Shown here: piece after piece, positions 10,388-21,285 of the stretch
How positions within the stretch are numbered: position 1 is the stretch's first letter
How the letters are laid out: every line of letters begins with the position of its first letter
Source of the DNA: an uncultured Planctomycetota bacterium
GTDB lineage: Bacteria > Planctomycetota > Planctomycetia > Isosphaerales > Isosphaeraceae
Reading direction: 5' to 3'
NCBI GenBank assembly: GCA_963823665.1
Contig: CAWGMQ010000008.1
Coordinates: 1,952,001 to 2,016,000 of the forward strand
DNA length: 64,000 nt
Program-made: the position numbers and the translations under genes
The notes under the pieces: model-generated
What the model was told of the DNA's origin: nothing
Database searches by the model: none
The model's input: the letters and a program-made list of their open reading frames with translations, nothing else

Positions 10388-11419
10388 ATGGCATTTTCCG
10401 ACGATCTTCGCCGCTACGGGCCGGGCACCAAGAATCGACTCTCGCGTGAGGCGTCGCTCGAGTACTGCGCGCGCCTGGCCGCAGTGCACTACGAGAATTT
10501 CAGCGTCGTGACCTGGCTGACTCCGCACGAACATCGGCCGGCCTTTCGAAGCATTTATGCATTCTGCCGATGGTCCGACGACCTGGGTGACGAGGTCGGA
10601 GACCGCCAGCGATCGCGCGAGCTGCTTTCATGGTGGCGGGACGAACTGCGGGCGATGTATCGGGGTCAAACCAGTCACCCGGTGATGATCGCTCTACGGG
10701 AGACGGTCGAGCGATACGGTATTCCGATCGAGCCGTTCGAGCGGCTGATCTCGGCGTTCGAGCAGGATCAGGAGGTCACTGAGTACGAGACTTTCGCGCA
10801 GTTGCTCGACTATTGCGAGCGGTCAGCCAATCCGGTGGGGCATCTTGTCCTGCACGTGGCCGGAGCGTTTATTCCCGAGAACGTGTGTCTGGCCGATCCG
10901 ATCTGCACGGGCTTGCAGCTCGCCAATTTCTGGCAGGATGTGGCTCGGGACCTGGCAATCGGCAGGATCTACCTGCCGCGCGAGGATCGGAACCGATTCG
11001 GCTGTTCGGAGGCCGACCTGCGAGCGGGAGTGTGTACGCCGGGGATTCGCCAGTTGATGGAGTTTGAGGTTGAGCGCGCGCGCGGGTTCTTTACCCAGGG
11101 GCGCTCCCTCGTTCGCCGGATGCCGCGCTCGCTGGCTGTCGACGTCGACCTTTTCGTGCGCGGGGGTCTGGCCATTCTTGATGCGATCGAGGCGCGAGGC
11201 TTCGACGTGCTGGGCGCGCGACCGAGTCTATCGCGCTCGACCAAGCTGCGTTTGATTGCGCGGGCGGCCGCGGTGCAGGGAGTGAATACAGTCGCGCAGA
11301 CGTTGCTGCGTGCCCGCCCGAGGCTGGGCAGAAGCGGCGGCGATCGTGACACGCGGGATCGCGATCTTCAATCGCGCTCGAAGATGGTGCCGCAGTCGAG
11401 CACGGAGGAATCGCGGTGA
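10388..11419 (+). CDS. hpnC: Squalene synthase HpnC
   Basis: HYENFSV, YAFCRWSDDLGDE, YCERSANPVG, LQLANFWQDV..RIYLP; start is ATG 10388, not 6242. Confidence 0.92.
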   Translation: MAFSDDLRRYGPGTKNRLSREASLEYCARLAAVHYENFSVVTWLTPHEHRPAFRSIYAFCRWSDDLGDEVGDRQRSRELLSWWRDELRAMYRGQTSHPVMIALRETVERYGIPIEPFERLISAFEQDQEVTEYETFAQLLDYCERSANPVGHLVLHVAGAFIPENVCLADPICTGLQLANFWQDVARDLAIGRIYLPREDRNRFGCSEADLRAGVCTPGIRQLMEFEVERARGFFTQGRSLVRRMPRSLAVDVDLFVRGGLAILDAIEARGFDVLGARPSLSRSTKLRLIARAAAVQGVNTVAQTLLRARPRLGRSGGDRDTRDRDLQSRSKMVPQSSTEESR

Positions 11420-12354
11420 GCGCAACCAAAGCACTTCAGTCGAGCTATCATTTTTGCGCGGATTTGTCGCGACGGGAAGCGCGGCATTTCTTTCATGCGT
11501 TCCTGCTGTTGCCAAGTTCTCGAAGAAGGTCGATGTGTGCGCTTTACGCGTTCTTGCGGCATACGGACGACCTGGCTGATGCGGCGGGTGCGGCTGAGTG
11601 GAAAACGGAAGCGATCAGTTCGTGGCGACTTGAGCTCGATGCGGCGCTGCAAGGGCGGGAGTGTCAATGGCCCGGACTGCCGGCCGTGGCCGACACGGTT
11701 GCCCGCCACCGGATTCCGATACATCTGCTCCATGAAGTGATCACGGGGGTGTCCATGGACATCGAACCGCGCGGATACGCGACGTTCGCGGACCTGGCGG
11801 GATACTGCTATCGGGTCGCCTCGGTCGTCGGCATTTGTTGTCTGCACATCTGGGGGTATCGTTCCGAGGGGGGACGGGCCGAGAGTCTCGCCGAGAAGTG
11901 CGGTCTTGCGCTGCAGCTCACGAACATCATTCGCGACGTGCGAGGCGACGCCTGCAACGGGCGGATCTACCTGCCGGAAGATGACCTCGAGCGTTTCGGC
12001 GTGGCGGCCGGCGAATTGACGGCCAGTGGTCCGCCGAGCGAAAGACTGCGCGCTTTACTGGCGTTTGAGGCCCAGCGCGCGTTTGGCTACTACGAGGCAG
12101 GGCGTGAGCTGGTACCGCTCATCGCGGCGGTGGGCAGACCGGTCCTTCTGGCAATCGTCGGCACGTACCGAGGCTTGCTTGATGAGATCGTGAGCCGGAA
12201 CTACAACGTCCTGGACGGTCGCATTTCCGTATCGCACTGGCGAAAGGCAACCGTGGTGCTGCGGGCGCTGGCCGCCGGCCTGGGCTCGCCGCGCGACGCG
12301 GGCCAACACACCGACAGGACAAGCGACCATTCCGCAAATCCCCCATACCACTGA
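11416..12354 (+). CDS. hpnD: Presqualene diphosphate synthase HpnD
   Basis: YAFLRHTDDLAD, YCYRVASVVG, LQLTNIIRDV..GRIYLP; 4-nt overlap with hpnC. Confidence 0.88.
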   Translation: MSATKALQSSYHFCADLSRREARHFFHAFLLLPSSRRRSMCALYAFLRHTDDLADAAGAAEWKTEAISSWRLELDAALQGRECQWPGLPAVADTVARHRIPIHLLHEVITGVSMDIEPRGYATFADLAGYCYRVASVVGICCLHIWGYRSEGGRAESLAEKCGLALQLTNIIRDVRGDACNGRIYLPEDDLERFGVAAGELTASGPPSERLRALLAFEAQRAFGYYEAGRELVPLIAAVGRPVLLAIVGTYRGLLDEIVSRNYNVLDGRISVSHWRKATVVLRALAAGLGSPRDAGQHTDRTSDHSANPPYH

Positions 12355-12355
12355 G

Positions 12356-13873
12356 ATGCCGATCATTTTGAAGCCTCCTGCTCCGCATGTCGTGATTGTC
12401 GGCGGCGGACTCGCGGGCCTTGCCGTCGCCTCGTGTCTGGTGAATCGCGGCCTGCGCCTGACGCTGCTCGAGAGCCGTCCGAGGCTCGGGGGACGCGCGA
12501 GCTCTTTTCAAGATCCGGTGACCGATGAGCTTGTGGACAATTGTCAGCACGTCAGTATGGGCTGCTGCACGAACCTCGCAGACTTTTGCCGGAGGGTCGG
12601 GATCGATTCGTTGCTGCGACGCGAGCGAGAACTGGTGTTCCTGGATGGCGACGGGAGAGTCTCACGATTCCGAGCTGGTCTGCTGCCCGCTCCTTTTCAC
12701 CTTGCGGGCAGCTTTCTGCGCGCTCGCTTTCTGGGATTTCGTGAGAAACTACAGCTCGCTTGTGGCCTCGCGCTCCTGGCTTGCCGTCGCGATGAACGGG
12801 CTGGAGAGTCGTTCGAGAGCTGGCTCGTGCGGCACGGGCAAGGCCGCCGCGTCATCAAACAATTCTGGGAGCCTGTGCTGGTTTCCGCGCTCAACGAGCG
12901 GATCGGTCAGATGGATGTCGGGTACGCGCGCAAGGTCTTCCTCGACGGCTTTCTGCGAAGTCGCGATGGTTTTCAGCTCGAAATCCCGATTGTTCCACTC
13001 GGCGAGCTCTACGGAAAGCGGCTGGAGAACTGGCTGGCGAAGCAGGGCGTGACGGTTCGTCTGAAGACCGGGATCGAGAAAATCGAATGTGACGAGGAGG
13101 GCTCGGTTTGCGGAGTGTCGTTGCGGACGGGCCAAGTGCTCGAGGCGGACATGATCGTTCTCGCCGTTCCGTTCGATAAGGTCCTGCGTCTGGCTCCCCC
13201 GGCATTGCGCAAGAAGATTCCCGACCTGGAGCGTCTCGATTGTCTGCGTTCAGCGCCAATCGTGGGGGTGCATCTTTGGTTCGACAAACCGGTGTGCCCT
13301 TTCGATCACGTGGTGACTCCAGGGCGACTGATTCAGTGGGTGTTCAATCATACGGCGATTCAAGGTCGAGGCGTGCCGGCTTCCGATCAACGGCCTGAAC
13401 TCGGGGCAGGGGAGCAAGCTGTCGCGCCGGGCGCAGCAGGCCAGTATCTGCAAGTGGTGATCAGCGCGTCGCACGACCTGGTGGCGCTCGACAAGGTTGC
13501 AATCCGCGATGCGGTCGTGGCGGAACTGGCGGAGATCTGGCCGGAGGTCAGAGGGGCGAATCTACTGAGATTCTGGGTGATTGTCGAACACGGTGCCACT
13601 TTCTCGGTGAGACCAGGTGTTGATGCGTTTCGCCTCGCTCAACGAACCGGTGCCGATGGGCTGTATCTCGCCGGAGATTGGACCAGTACGCGCTGGCCCG
13701 CCACGATGGAAGGAGCGGTTCGAAGCGGATATCTGGCAGCGCAGGAGGTGCTCTCGTCACTCGATCAGCCGGCTCGGCTGATCCGACCTGGGCTCAAGCA
13801 AGGGTGGCTCGCGCGGTGGTTGTTCGGCGGGGCGGAGTCCGCATCGTCTTTGACTACCGGCAATGGGTCATGA
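12356..13873 (+). CDS. hpnE: Hydroxysqualene dehydroxylase HpnE (FAD-dependent)
   Basis: VIVGGGLAGL, LGGRASSF, DNCQH, LAGDWT..WPATMEGAVRSG; third gene of hpnCDE. Confidence 0.92.
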   Translation: MPIILKPPAPHVVIVGGGLAGLAVASCLVNRGLRLTLLESRPRLGGRASSFQDPVTDELVDNCQHVSMGCCTNLADFCRRVGIDSLLRRERELVFLDGDGRVSRFRAGLLPAPFHLAGSFLRARFLGFREKLQLACGLALLACRRDERAGESFESWLVRHGQGRRVIKQFWEPVLVSALNERIGQMDVGYARKVFLDGFLRSRDGFQLEIPIVPLGELYGKRLENWLAKQGVTVRLKTGIEKIECDEEGSVCGVSLRTGQVLEADMIVLAVPFDKVLRLAPPALRKKIPDLERLDCLRSAPIVGVHLWFDKPVCPFDHVVTPGRLIQWVFNHTAIQGRGVPASDQRPELGAGEQAVAPGAAGQYLQVVISASHDLVALDKVAIRDAVVAELAEIWPEVRGANLLRFWVIVEHGATFSVRPGVDAFRLAQRTGADGLYLAGDWTSTRWPATMEGAVRSGYLAAQEVLSSLDQPARLIRPGLKQGWLARWLFGGAESASSLTTGNGS

Positions 13874-13924
13874 ACTGGGGAGATGGCAGCCGTGACGCGG
13901 GAGTGGAGAAAGGAGGGGAAGAGC

Positions 13925-15304
13925 TCAGGCTATCCGAGCCGACCGTACATGTCGCGCTCGCAGGAGCCGGAAGGCGGCGAATCCGACGGCGGCCAGGCCC
14001 CACATTGCCAGGGTGGCCGGCTCGGGAATCGGAGGAGGATTAACTTCCTGAGCACCGAGCAGGCTTGTGGATGCCGGTTGAGCTTGCGATGCCAGGGCCT
14101 GGTTGATCGCCTGGGCGGCCGCAGTGCTGAACGTCGAGTTCGGATTCACCATCATCGCCCAGCTCGCAATTTTGGAGTCAATGAAATTGCCGGTCGTGTC
14201 GTAGTTCTCAGGCACTCCGAACGCGAGCATCAGCTCGTGAGAGATATTGTGAGCGACGATCCATTCGAGCTGGTCGAGGGACTGGGCAGAATGTGCGATT
14301 TGATCGATGAAGCTGAAACCGCTGCTTCCAACCTGAGTCATTCCGATTGCGGTCGAGAGTGCGGAACTGGCCGTATTCGAGACGAGGCTGATGGTGTGAA
14401 GTGCGGGAACGTTGGGATTCTCGGTCAGCGAGACGGAGATGCCGCTTTGACTGAAGGTTTGCTGCACTCTTTGCAGGACCGTGTTATCGAAGCTCTGGAT
14501 CTGCTGGGCTGTGGGTTGGCCGCCGAAGAAGCTGGTCAACTGGGTGCTGTTGTACCAGGGCTGAGCACCACCCGTGGTGATGGCGGCCGCCAGTGGGTAT
14601 GTGCCGCTGCCGACGTTGATAAACGCCTGGACGGGTGCAGCGACGACTGGAGCGGACGAGATGGCCGAGGGGCTGGTGGTGGTCATTGCGACGGGCTGAC
14701 TGCTCATTTGCGTGGTGTTTGGGAGAACGGCCGACGGTGTGTGAGGCATGGCTTGCACGGTTGACGGCTGCGAGGAAACGGGCTGGATATACGATAGAGG
14801 CTGAACCGTCGATGTCTGGGAAGTATTGGAAGGAGAATAGGTCGATGGCGGTGAACTGGTGGGAACCGTGTAAGTCGATGCGGGTGAACTCGCGGGCGGA
14901 GTGTAGGAGGGAGGCTGAACCGGCGCCGATGGCGTGGAAGCGATCGGCGGATCAGACGGCAGCACTGCGCTGGCAGCGGGTGCTGTCTGGGATGGTGGCG
15001 ATGAAGAGTACGCGTTCGTGGCCGCCTGAACCGGGGCCGACACTGATGACGCCGCGTCGGGAGCGGCGAATGCGATTGGGGTCGGAGCCGGGGAAGTGGC
15101 CGCCGGCGTGGCTTGGACCTGGGCCGGGGCGGCTTGCGGGCTGGAGTAAGGCAGGGGACCGGTGCCAGGAGCCCCGGCGGGCGCCGCGAGGTAGACGACC
15201 CAATTATCCAGTCCGCTTGGCCACGAGATGGCATCCGCGTGTGCAGTTGCTACGATCGTTCCGTAGATGACGAGAGGCAGGATGATCGATTTGCAAGCGG
15301 ACAT
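13925..15304 (-). CDS. PEP-CTERM surface protein with S/T/P-rich linker and zincin-like domain
   Basis: Signal peptide; C-terminal IPEPATLAMWGLAAVGFAAFRLLRAR; HNISHELM motif. Confidence 0.85.
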   Translation of the reverse strand: MSACKSIILPLVIYGTIVATAHADAISWPSGLDNWVVYLAAPAGAPGTGPLPYSSPQAAPAQVQATPAATSPAPTPIAFAAPDAASSVSAPVQAATNAYSSSPPSQTAPAASAVLPSDPPIASTPSAPVQPPSYTPPASSPASTYTVPTSSPPSTYSPSNTSQTSTVQPLSYIQPVSSQPSTVQAMPHTPSAVLPNTTQMSSQPVAMTTTSPSAISSAPVVAAPVQAFINVGSGTYPLAAAITTGGAQPWYNSTQLTSFFGGQPTAQQIQSFDNTVLQRVQQTFSQSGISVSLTENPNVPALHTISLVSNTASSALSTAIGMTQVGSSGFSFIDQIAHSAQSLDQLEWIVAHNISHELMLAFGVPENYDTTGNFIDSKIASWAMMVNPNSTFSTAAAQAINQALASQAQPASTSLLGAQEVNPPPIPEPATLAMWGLAAVGFAAFRLLRARHVRSARIA

Positions 15305-15791
15305 CGCGAACCTCCTGTTCCAGCCGAAGGGGGGCGCCCTCATGACGACCCCCGCTGTCACTTCCGATCCGCCCGCATCGCTCTGGCCGCCCGGGTTGTA
15401 AGCGCAAGCATTCTCGCTGGAGGCTTTCGCGATTCAACCTGGAGCATTAACCCGGACAGGAAAGAAGTGATTTGAGAACGAGCAGCGAATTCAGCAACTG
15501 CCGTGCCAAATACCGGGCGAGCTCTTGACATCTTGGAAATTACAAGAACGTTTGGGCGTCGACGTTGCTTTAACTAACGGATCTAACGTTTGTTCAGAAA
15601 ACGTGCACGGGCATTCGAGTGAGCGAGCGAGCCGGTGGCTGGCGCGGATTCTCCGAATTCTGTCGGTGTGGCGGTTCTTACAAAACGCGAGCGTTGTTGC
15701 AATCGCGTTCGCACGAACAAAGAAAACTGAAGTCATGCGTGATTCTTACCGGGCTGAGCCCGATCGGAAGCTGAACGTCGGACTCTGGCCG

Positions 15792-16168
15792 TCAGTAAGC
15801 AGCGGGACGTCGGCCGGCGCCGAGGATGCTACAGGCCTGGATCACGTTGAGGCCGAGGCTCTCGGCGCGGGCAACAATTTCTGGAGACTCAGAGCCGGGA
15901 TTGAGCCAGAGCTCACGGACGGCCTTGCGCTGAATTTGCTCGAGCAAACTGACACCAATGGCGGGAGGTACGTAGAAGCTCACCTGGTCGAGCGCGGTTA
16001 CGGGCAGGGAGTCGAGGTTCGGATAGGCGGCAAGCCCTCAACTTGCGTGAGGACGGGGTGGATCGGAAAGACGGTCCAACCCGCGTCGTGAAATGCGCGA
16101 ACGGCCTTGTTCCCGAATTTGCTGCGGTCGGCGCTGGCACCAACAACGGCGACCGTCTTGGCGGACAT
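15792..16168 (-). pseudogene. CoA-binding protein (YccU-like), one-base frameshift near 16028
   Basis: VAVVGASADRSKFGNKAV..PIHP, then WLNPG..ACSI in a second frame. Confidence 0.82.
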
Positions 16169-16388
16169 TATCGCGGTCTCCTTCGCTCGTCGCGCTTCGA
16201 GAGCGCGAGTGAAATGGGCATGAAAGTCACGGTCGGGCATCGAGGGCAGGTCTCACTACACCCGCACTTGGTTCGATGCGCCACGAGCGACTTCGGGTAC
16301 AATAGTATCAATCCAGGACCGGCGGTTCGCGAAGATAGATGGATCTAGCCGCAGAAGAGATTATCTCTAACTCGTATTGGATTCGGCA

Positions 16389-17633
16389 ATGCACGACGAA
16401 CTCTCGAGGATAGACGATGCCTTGCAGGCGCTTCAGGCTGGCGGGGTGGTGATCGTTGTCGACGATGAGGACCGGGAGAACGAGGGTGACTTTGTTGCGG
16501 CCGCCGATAAGGTTGGTCCCGAGACAATCGAGTTCATGATCACACACGGGCGAGGTCTGTTGTGCATGCCGATCCTGCCCGAGGTGGCGGCTCGGCTTCA
16601 TCTCGGACCGATGGTGGAGAGAAATACTGCCCCGCACCAGACCCCTTACACCGTTCCGGTCGACCATGTCACGTGCCGAACGGGCATCAGCGCCCAAGAG
16701 AGGGCTCGGACAGTTCGAGCGATCATCGACCCGGCGACACGGCCAGAGGAGCTAGTTCGCCCCGGGCATCTGTTTCCGCTTGTCGCGAAGGAGGGAGGCG
16801 TTCTTCGTCGGGCCGGGCATACGGAAGCCACTGTTGACCTGGCACGCCTGGCTGGGCTGGCTCCGGCCGGCGTGCTTTGCGAGGTGCTCGACGGAACGGG
16901 AGTGGCCAGTCGGCGGCGGTTACATGAGATCGCCCGAGAGCATGCTCTGCCAATCGTTTCGATCGAGGGCTTGATCCGATATCGCCGAATGCGGGAGAAG
17001 CTGGTGCACCGGATCGCCGAGGCTGAATTGCCGACGCGCTATGGTCGCGGGCGCCTTATCGGCTATCGCGTGCAACACGAGCCCGGGAACGAACCGATCG
17101 CAATCGTGATGGGCGATCTTGGCGCGGTGCAAGCGCCGCTCGTGCGACTTCATTCGTCGTGCTTTACCGGCGACCTGCTCGACTCGCTGAGGTGTGATTG
17201 CGGGGACCAGCTTCACATGGCACTAGCGATGATCGGCAACGAGGGGGCAGGGGCACTCATTTATCTGCCGCAGGAAGGTCGGGGGATCGGGCTGATCGAG
17301 AAAATCCGAGCGTATCAACTTCAGGATAGCGGGCTGGATACCGTGCAGGCGAACGTCGCTTTGGGTTACCGCGCTGATACGCGGGACTATGGCATCGGGC
17401 TGCAGATCCTCAAAGACCTTGGGCTCTCTCGCGTGCGTCTGTTGACGAACAATCCGAAGAAGACGGACGCGTTTGTTTACTACGGTTACGAATTGAAAGT
17501 TGTGGACCAAGTTCCGATTGTTGCGCCTGACGTTGCTGAGAGGCGCAGATACCTGGACGCAAAGCGCGAGAAGTTGGGACACGTGCTACCGTCTGCCGGG
17601 TACTGCGAATCGGCCCAGGCGGCGGAGCATTGA
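16389..17633 (+). CDS. ribBA: Bifunctional DHBP synthase / GTP cyclohydrolase II
   Basis: DDEDRENEGD, RPGHLFPL, RAGHTEA, RLHSSCFTGD..RCDCG, QEGRGIGL, LLTNNP. Confidence 0.96.
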   Translation: MHDELSRIDDALQALQAGGVVIVVDDEDRENEGDFVAAADKVGPETIEFMITHGRGLLCMPILPEVAARLHLGPMVERNTAPHQTPYTVPVDHVTCRTGISAQERARTVRAIIDPATRPEELVRPGHLFPLVAKEGGVLRRAGHTEATVDLARLAGLAPAGVLCEVLDGTGVASRRRLHEIAREHALPIVSIEGLIRYRRMREKLVHRIAEAELPTRYGRGRLIGYRVQHEPGNEPIAIVMGDLGAVQAPLVRLHSSCFTGDLLDSLRCDCGDQLHMALAMIGNEGAGALIYLPQEGRGIGLIEKIRAYQLQDSGLDTVQANVALGYRADTRDYGIGLQILKDLGLSRVRLLTNNPKKTDAFVYYGYELKVVDQVPIVAPDVAERRRYLDAKREKLGHVLPSAGYCESAQAAEH

Positions 17634-17669
17634 CGTCCGGCCGCAGTTTTATCACGCAAAGGAACCTAG

Positions 17670-19112
17670 ATGTTCACGAACCGCAACGAACGACCACATC
17701 GGACGGAGCCGAGCAAACTCGCAGTTCTGCTCTGGCTGGGTGTGGCTCTTGGATTCAGCTCATCAGTCTGTGCCCAGACGGTCGCGAAGAGGACGATCGA
17801 GCCGGGCGTGAGAAAAGACAACCCCAGAGCACGCGCCCTTTTCGACGAGGTTGTGAACGCGTACCGGGCGCTTAGTTTTTATTCCGACAACGGGGAATTC
17901 GTCGTTGCATTCAAACTCGGCGGCACGATCCAGAAGCAAGTGCTGCCAATGAAGATGACATTCGCGCGGCCCAATCGATTCGACTTCGATAGCGGACATG
18001 TTCGCGTTACGAGTGATGGCACAACCTTGACGACGGCCGTCGTCCCTTTGAAGCGCTACACCGTGACCGCGGCACCGACAACGCTAGGAATCGACGCGAT
18101 TCGTGAAGGCCCGATCGGAGCCATGATCTTCGGCGGTCCTGCTAGTGCACCGATGTTTGTTCTTGTGAATCTTTTAACGGCAGTGGATCCGGCGGCCGGG
18201 ATCGCTCAACTCGGCGGCACGCTGCGTTTACCTGAGGCGCGTTCCACCGATCCGAAGGCAGCCGGCGAGACGGAGAAAATCTCGGCAATCACGATCGACT
18301 TCGACAACCCAAAGAGGCAGTTCCTGTTGAAAGTCGATCCAGTCAGTAAGCTGATATCTTCGATCGAGATCGGAGTTGATCCCAAACAGCTCGCTCTGGG
18401 AGTACAAGACGGACACGAACTTGCAGTTGAGCAGCTTGCTTGGAATTCCGGCAAGATTGTGACCGATCTTCCGAATGGGCTGAGGTTCGTGTACGCGGCC
18501 CCCAAAGGCTTTACGAAGGTCGACTCGCTTGGCGACCGAGAGCGCCCTAAAGAGAATCGCTTACTCGGCAAACCCGCGCCCGCATTTACTCTCACCGTGC
18601 TCGACGGGGCGGGTAAGACGAAGACCATCACGAAGGCCGAACTCGCTGGAAAGGTGGTCGTGATCGACTTCTGGGCCACGTGGTGCGGGCCGTGCATGCA
18701 GGAGCTTCCAGAGATCCAGAAACTCGTCGAGTTGTATGTGGCTTCAAAAAAGGACGTGGTGATCGTAGCGCTGAGCCAAGATGATGATCCGGCCGAATTG
18801 TCACAAGTTCGAAAACTTGTGGAGAAGACGATCTCGGAAAGGAAACTCAGTTTGTCGGCGGCCCCCGTGGGCTTGATCGGACTGGATCCGAGCAAGTCGG
18901 TGGGCGAAGCCTTTGAGCTTGAGGGTTATCCCACGCTCGTGATCCTTGACAAGCAGGGAATCGTGCAATCTGTGCACGTCGGCTTCGATTCGACTTCCAG
19001 CGTGCCGCTCTACAAGGCACTCGCCAAGGAGATCGACACGCTGATGAGCGGCAAGTCTCTTGTGACGAGCACTGAGATCGGCAAGGAAGCTGAGAACAAG
19101 ATCGAGAAGTAA
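17670..19112 (+). CDS. Exported TlpA-like thiol-disulfide oxidoreductase with N-terminal DUF2092/LolA-like region
   Basis: Signal peptide; IDFWATWCGPC; GYPT cis-Pro motif. Confidence 0.85.
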   Translation: MFTNRNERPHRTEPSKLAVLLWLGVALGFSSSVCAQTVAKRTIEPGVRKDNPRARALFDEVVNAYRALSFYSDNGEFVVAFKLGGTIQKQVLPMKMTFARPNRFDFDSGHVRVTSDGTTLTTAVVPLKRYTVTAAPTTLGIDAIREGPIGAMIFGGPASAPMFVLVNLLTAVDPAAGIAQLGGTLRLPEARSTDPKAAGETEKISAITIDFDNPKRQFLLKVDPVSKLISSIEIGVDPKQLALGVQDGHELAVEQLAWNSGKIVTDLPNGLRFVYAAPKGFTKVDSLGDRERPKENRLLGKPAPAFTLTVLDGAGKTKTITKAELAGKVVVIDFWATWCGPCMQELPEIQKLVELYVASKKDVVIVALSQDDDPAELSQVRKLVEKTISERKLSLSAAPVGLIGLDPSKSVGEAFELEGYPTLVILDKQGIVQSVHVGFDSTSSVPLYKALAKEIDTLMSGKSLVTSTEIGKEAENKIEK

Positions 19113-19122
19113 TCTGCCTGAA

Positions 19123-19938
19123 TCAGCGCCTGGACTCGACCGCTTGAAGATCACGTACAGTGATGAGGCGCGACTGCAACTCTTCGTTGTAATGGGCGAC
19201 CCCTCGAACGCCCACCTTTCGGGCGAGTATTGGCTCCGGGTCGAGGCCTGGTGGGATGTCGAGGTAAGCAAGAGTTTCGCCATTCCTACCGACCAAGAGG
19301 AAAAGCTTGTGGCCGTCGATTTTTTGAGCGGAGGACTGCATGAAGCCGATGGCTTCATAAGTGCTGGATCGAGCACCGTTGGCGGCTGATGTCCGGATCC
19401 GCAATTGACGGCTTAACTGAACGATTTCACGGTCGCGTTTGTGAGTTTGGGCCAGGATTGCCTCGAAGGACACAGCTGCTTTTGCAGCCAGCTCACGCCG
19501 GGCCAAGCGTTGGAGACGATCGCGGATGACATTTTCAATGGCGGGCTCTGCCGGCAGAGACTTCACCAGGGCTTGATAGCGGGCGCGAAGGTCGTCAAAA
19601 CGCCAGCGATCGATTGGCATGTCAATTTCGATTTTTCTCTCCATCGCGTCGATCTTCTTGAGCTCCGATAATATCGCAGGTGGAATGTCGTGGGTAAGTG
19701 CGTCTTCATCCTTTGTGGGACTCTGATGGGCCTGTTCCAAGAGCGGTCGCTGTTCAACGGCAAGCGCAGATGGCTGGGCCCGCGAGAGTTGGGCGGCGGC
19801 GCTGGCGCGGCGAACCTGGCTGGGCGGAGGAGTGGCATTCGCCGACGGCAATTTCGCTGACTGCGCCAAAGCCCACGTGGTCACGACGGCCATAGAAAGC
19901 CGGGCGCATTGGATTTTGTTTGCGTTGGAATTCCTCAT
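19123..19938 (-). CDS. Hypothetical exported protein
   Basis: 271-codon ORF with signal-like N-terminus, filling the gap before rplU. Confidence 0.6.
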   Translation of the reverse strand: MRNSNANKIQCARLSMAVVTTWALAQSAKLPSANATPPPSQVRRASAAAQLSRAQPSALAVEQRPLLEQAHQSPTKDEDALTHDIPPAILSELKKIDAMERKIEIDMPIDRWRFDDLRARYQALVKSLPAEPAIENVIRDRLQRLARRELAAKAAVSFEAILAQTHKRDREIVQLSRQLRIRTSAANGARSSTYEAIGFMQSSAQKIDGHKLFLLVGRNGETLAYLDIPPGLDPEPILARKVGVRGVAHYNEELQSRLITVRDLQAVESRR

Positions 19939-20293
19939 CGCCTTCTGGTCTTTCTCCTGGCAGACGGAGTGAGCAGGCGTGGTTTGGCCCTGGGATCAAG
20001 ATGGAATCCACCGATCAGCGGTGAGTGTATGTGCGGAACACGGTGTGCGCTCAGGGTTCGAAGTGGTTCTCGGCCTGCGGCTTGTAAACGGGATCAGCGC
20101 TCTCGTCAATCCGGGTCTTCTCTTTTCTCCGACCAACCATTAAGATAGGTGTTTGCTCGCGAGTCGCTTTCGTCAGCGAAGTGGATGACCGATCCAATTG
20201 GCAATCACCCCAGGAAGTTCGAGAAACCCGGCACCGCTAACCAGTCCTTGTATTGAGACAGTGGTGTGAGTTCGCGCAAGGAGTTTTGAAGGT

Positions 20294-20611
20294 ATGTACG
20301 CAATTATTGAAGAAGGCAGTCATCAATTCCGCGTTCGGGAAGGTGACCGGATCTGCGTGGACCGGCGTGACGGAAAGCTTGGTGACGAGCTTGTCTTTTC
20401 GACGGTATTGCTGATGGCGGGAGAGGACGGGGTTACAAAGATCGGTCAGCCAGTTGTGCAGGGCGCTCGCGTGGCCGGAAGAATTGTCAATCAGTTTCGG
20501 GCGAAGAAGTTGATAATCCAGAAGTTTCGGCGGCGTAAGAACGTGCGTCGAAAGAAGGGTCATCGGCAGCCGTTCACTCTGGTTCAGATTACAAGTCTCA
20601 TTCAGCCGTAA
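20294..20611 (+). CDS. rplU: 50S ribosomal protein L21
   Basis: MYAIIEEGSHQFRV..KFRRRK..KGHRQPFT. Confidence 0.97.
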   Translation: MYAIIEEGSHQFRVREGDRICVDRRDGKLGDELVFSTVLLMAGEDGVTKIGQPVVQGARVAGRIVNQFRAKKLIIQKFRRRKNVRRKKGHRQPFTLVQITSLIQP

Positions 20612-21285
20612 AGACCAATCGTCGCGTGGTGCTTCGAAGTGGTTAGATTTGCGCCCATCGATGTGTTTCAACTGCCATTATCGGCGAGAAAATGGATTTT
20701 CTAATTTTTGGCCCGTAGATGGTTTTCAGCGGGCTGTCAGATGCTTACGATATGCGGGCTCCGGTTGGTGGCTCTCGGTTGGAAAACGAGGGGGTAAGAC
20801 GGATCGACGCGGGAGTGACGAAGCTCAGCGTGAGCGAAAGAGCGATGGATCACGCATTTTTCTTCGTTGCCACGGAACAGCGGGTGCGTGTTCGAATTCG
20901 CCAGTTGCTCGACGCTATTCCGGAGCGCACTGTGTGGCTTCTACGTAAAGCGAGACCTGTTGCCGAACGGTTCCCGGCAATGATGTTTCGGAGCGCTGGC
21001 CGGCATGAGTTGCGAGCTCGCGGTTGCGAACGCGGATTGGAGGACAAGGTCGACAACGAGTCGACCCGTTCAGTGGGTGCCGCAGGGGGGGAAATCGCAT
21101 GAGGGTCGTGGTCGAATATCGGTAGATTCAACTGGATCGCCCCATCTGCCGATCTTCGGGGTTGGTGCGCGATGTTTGACTCGACTCCAGTACATCTATG
21201 GACTTCAGAACACCAACGATTTACCCTGATGGGAGTCGGGTTCCTGGAATGACCCGAGGGGTGAGTCGAGACGCGGAGAGCGGAC

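Noticed and set aside
20719..21102. 127-aa ORF between rplU and nrdJ
   Set aside because: No recognisable motif or RBS; not rpmA or nrdR.
21180..21230. NrdR box or B12 riboswitch before nrdJ
   Set aside because: Only a weak partial match (GTACATCTAT), no tandem box and no cobalamin riboswitch core recognised.
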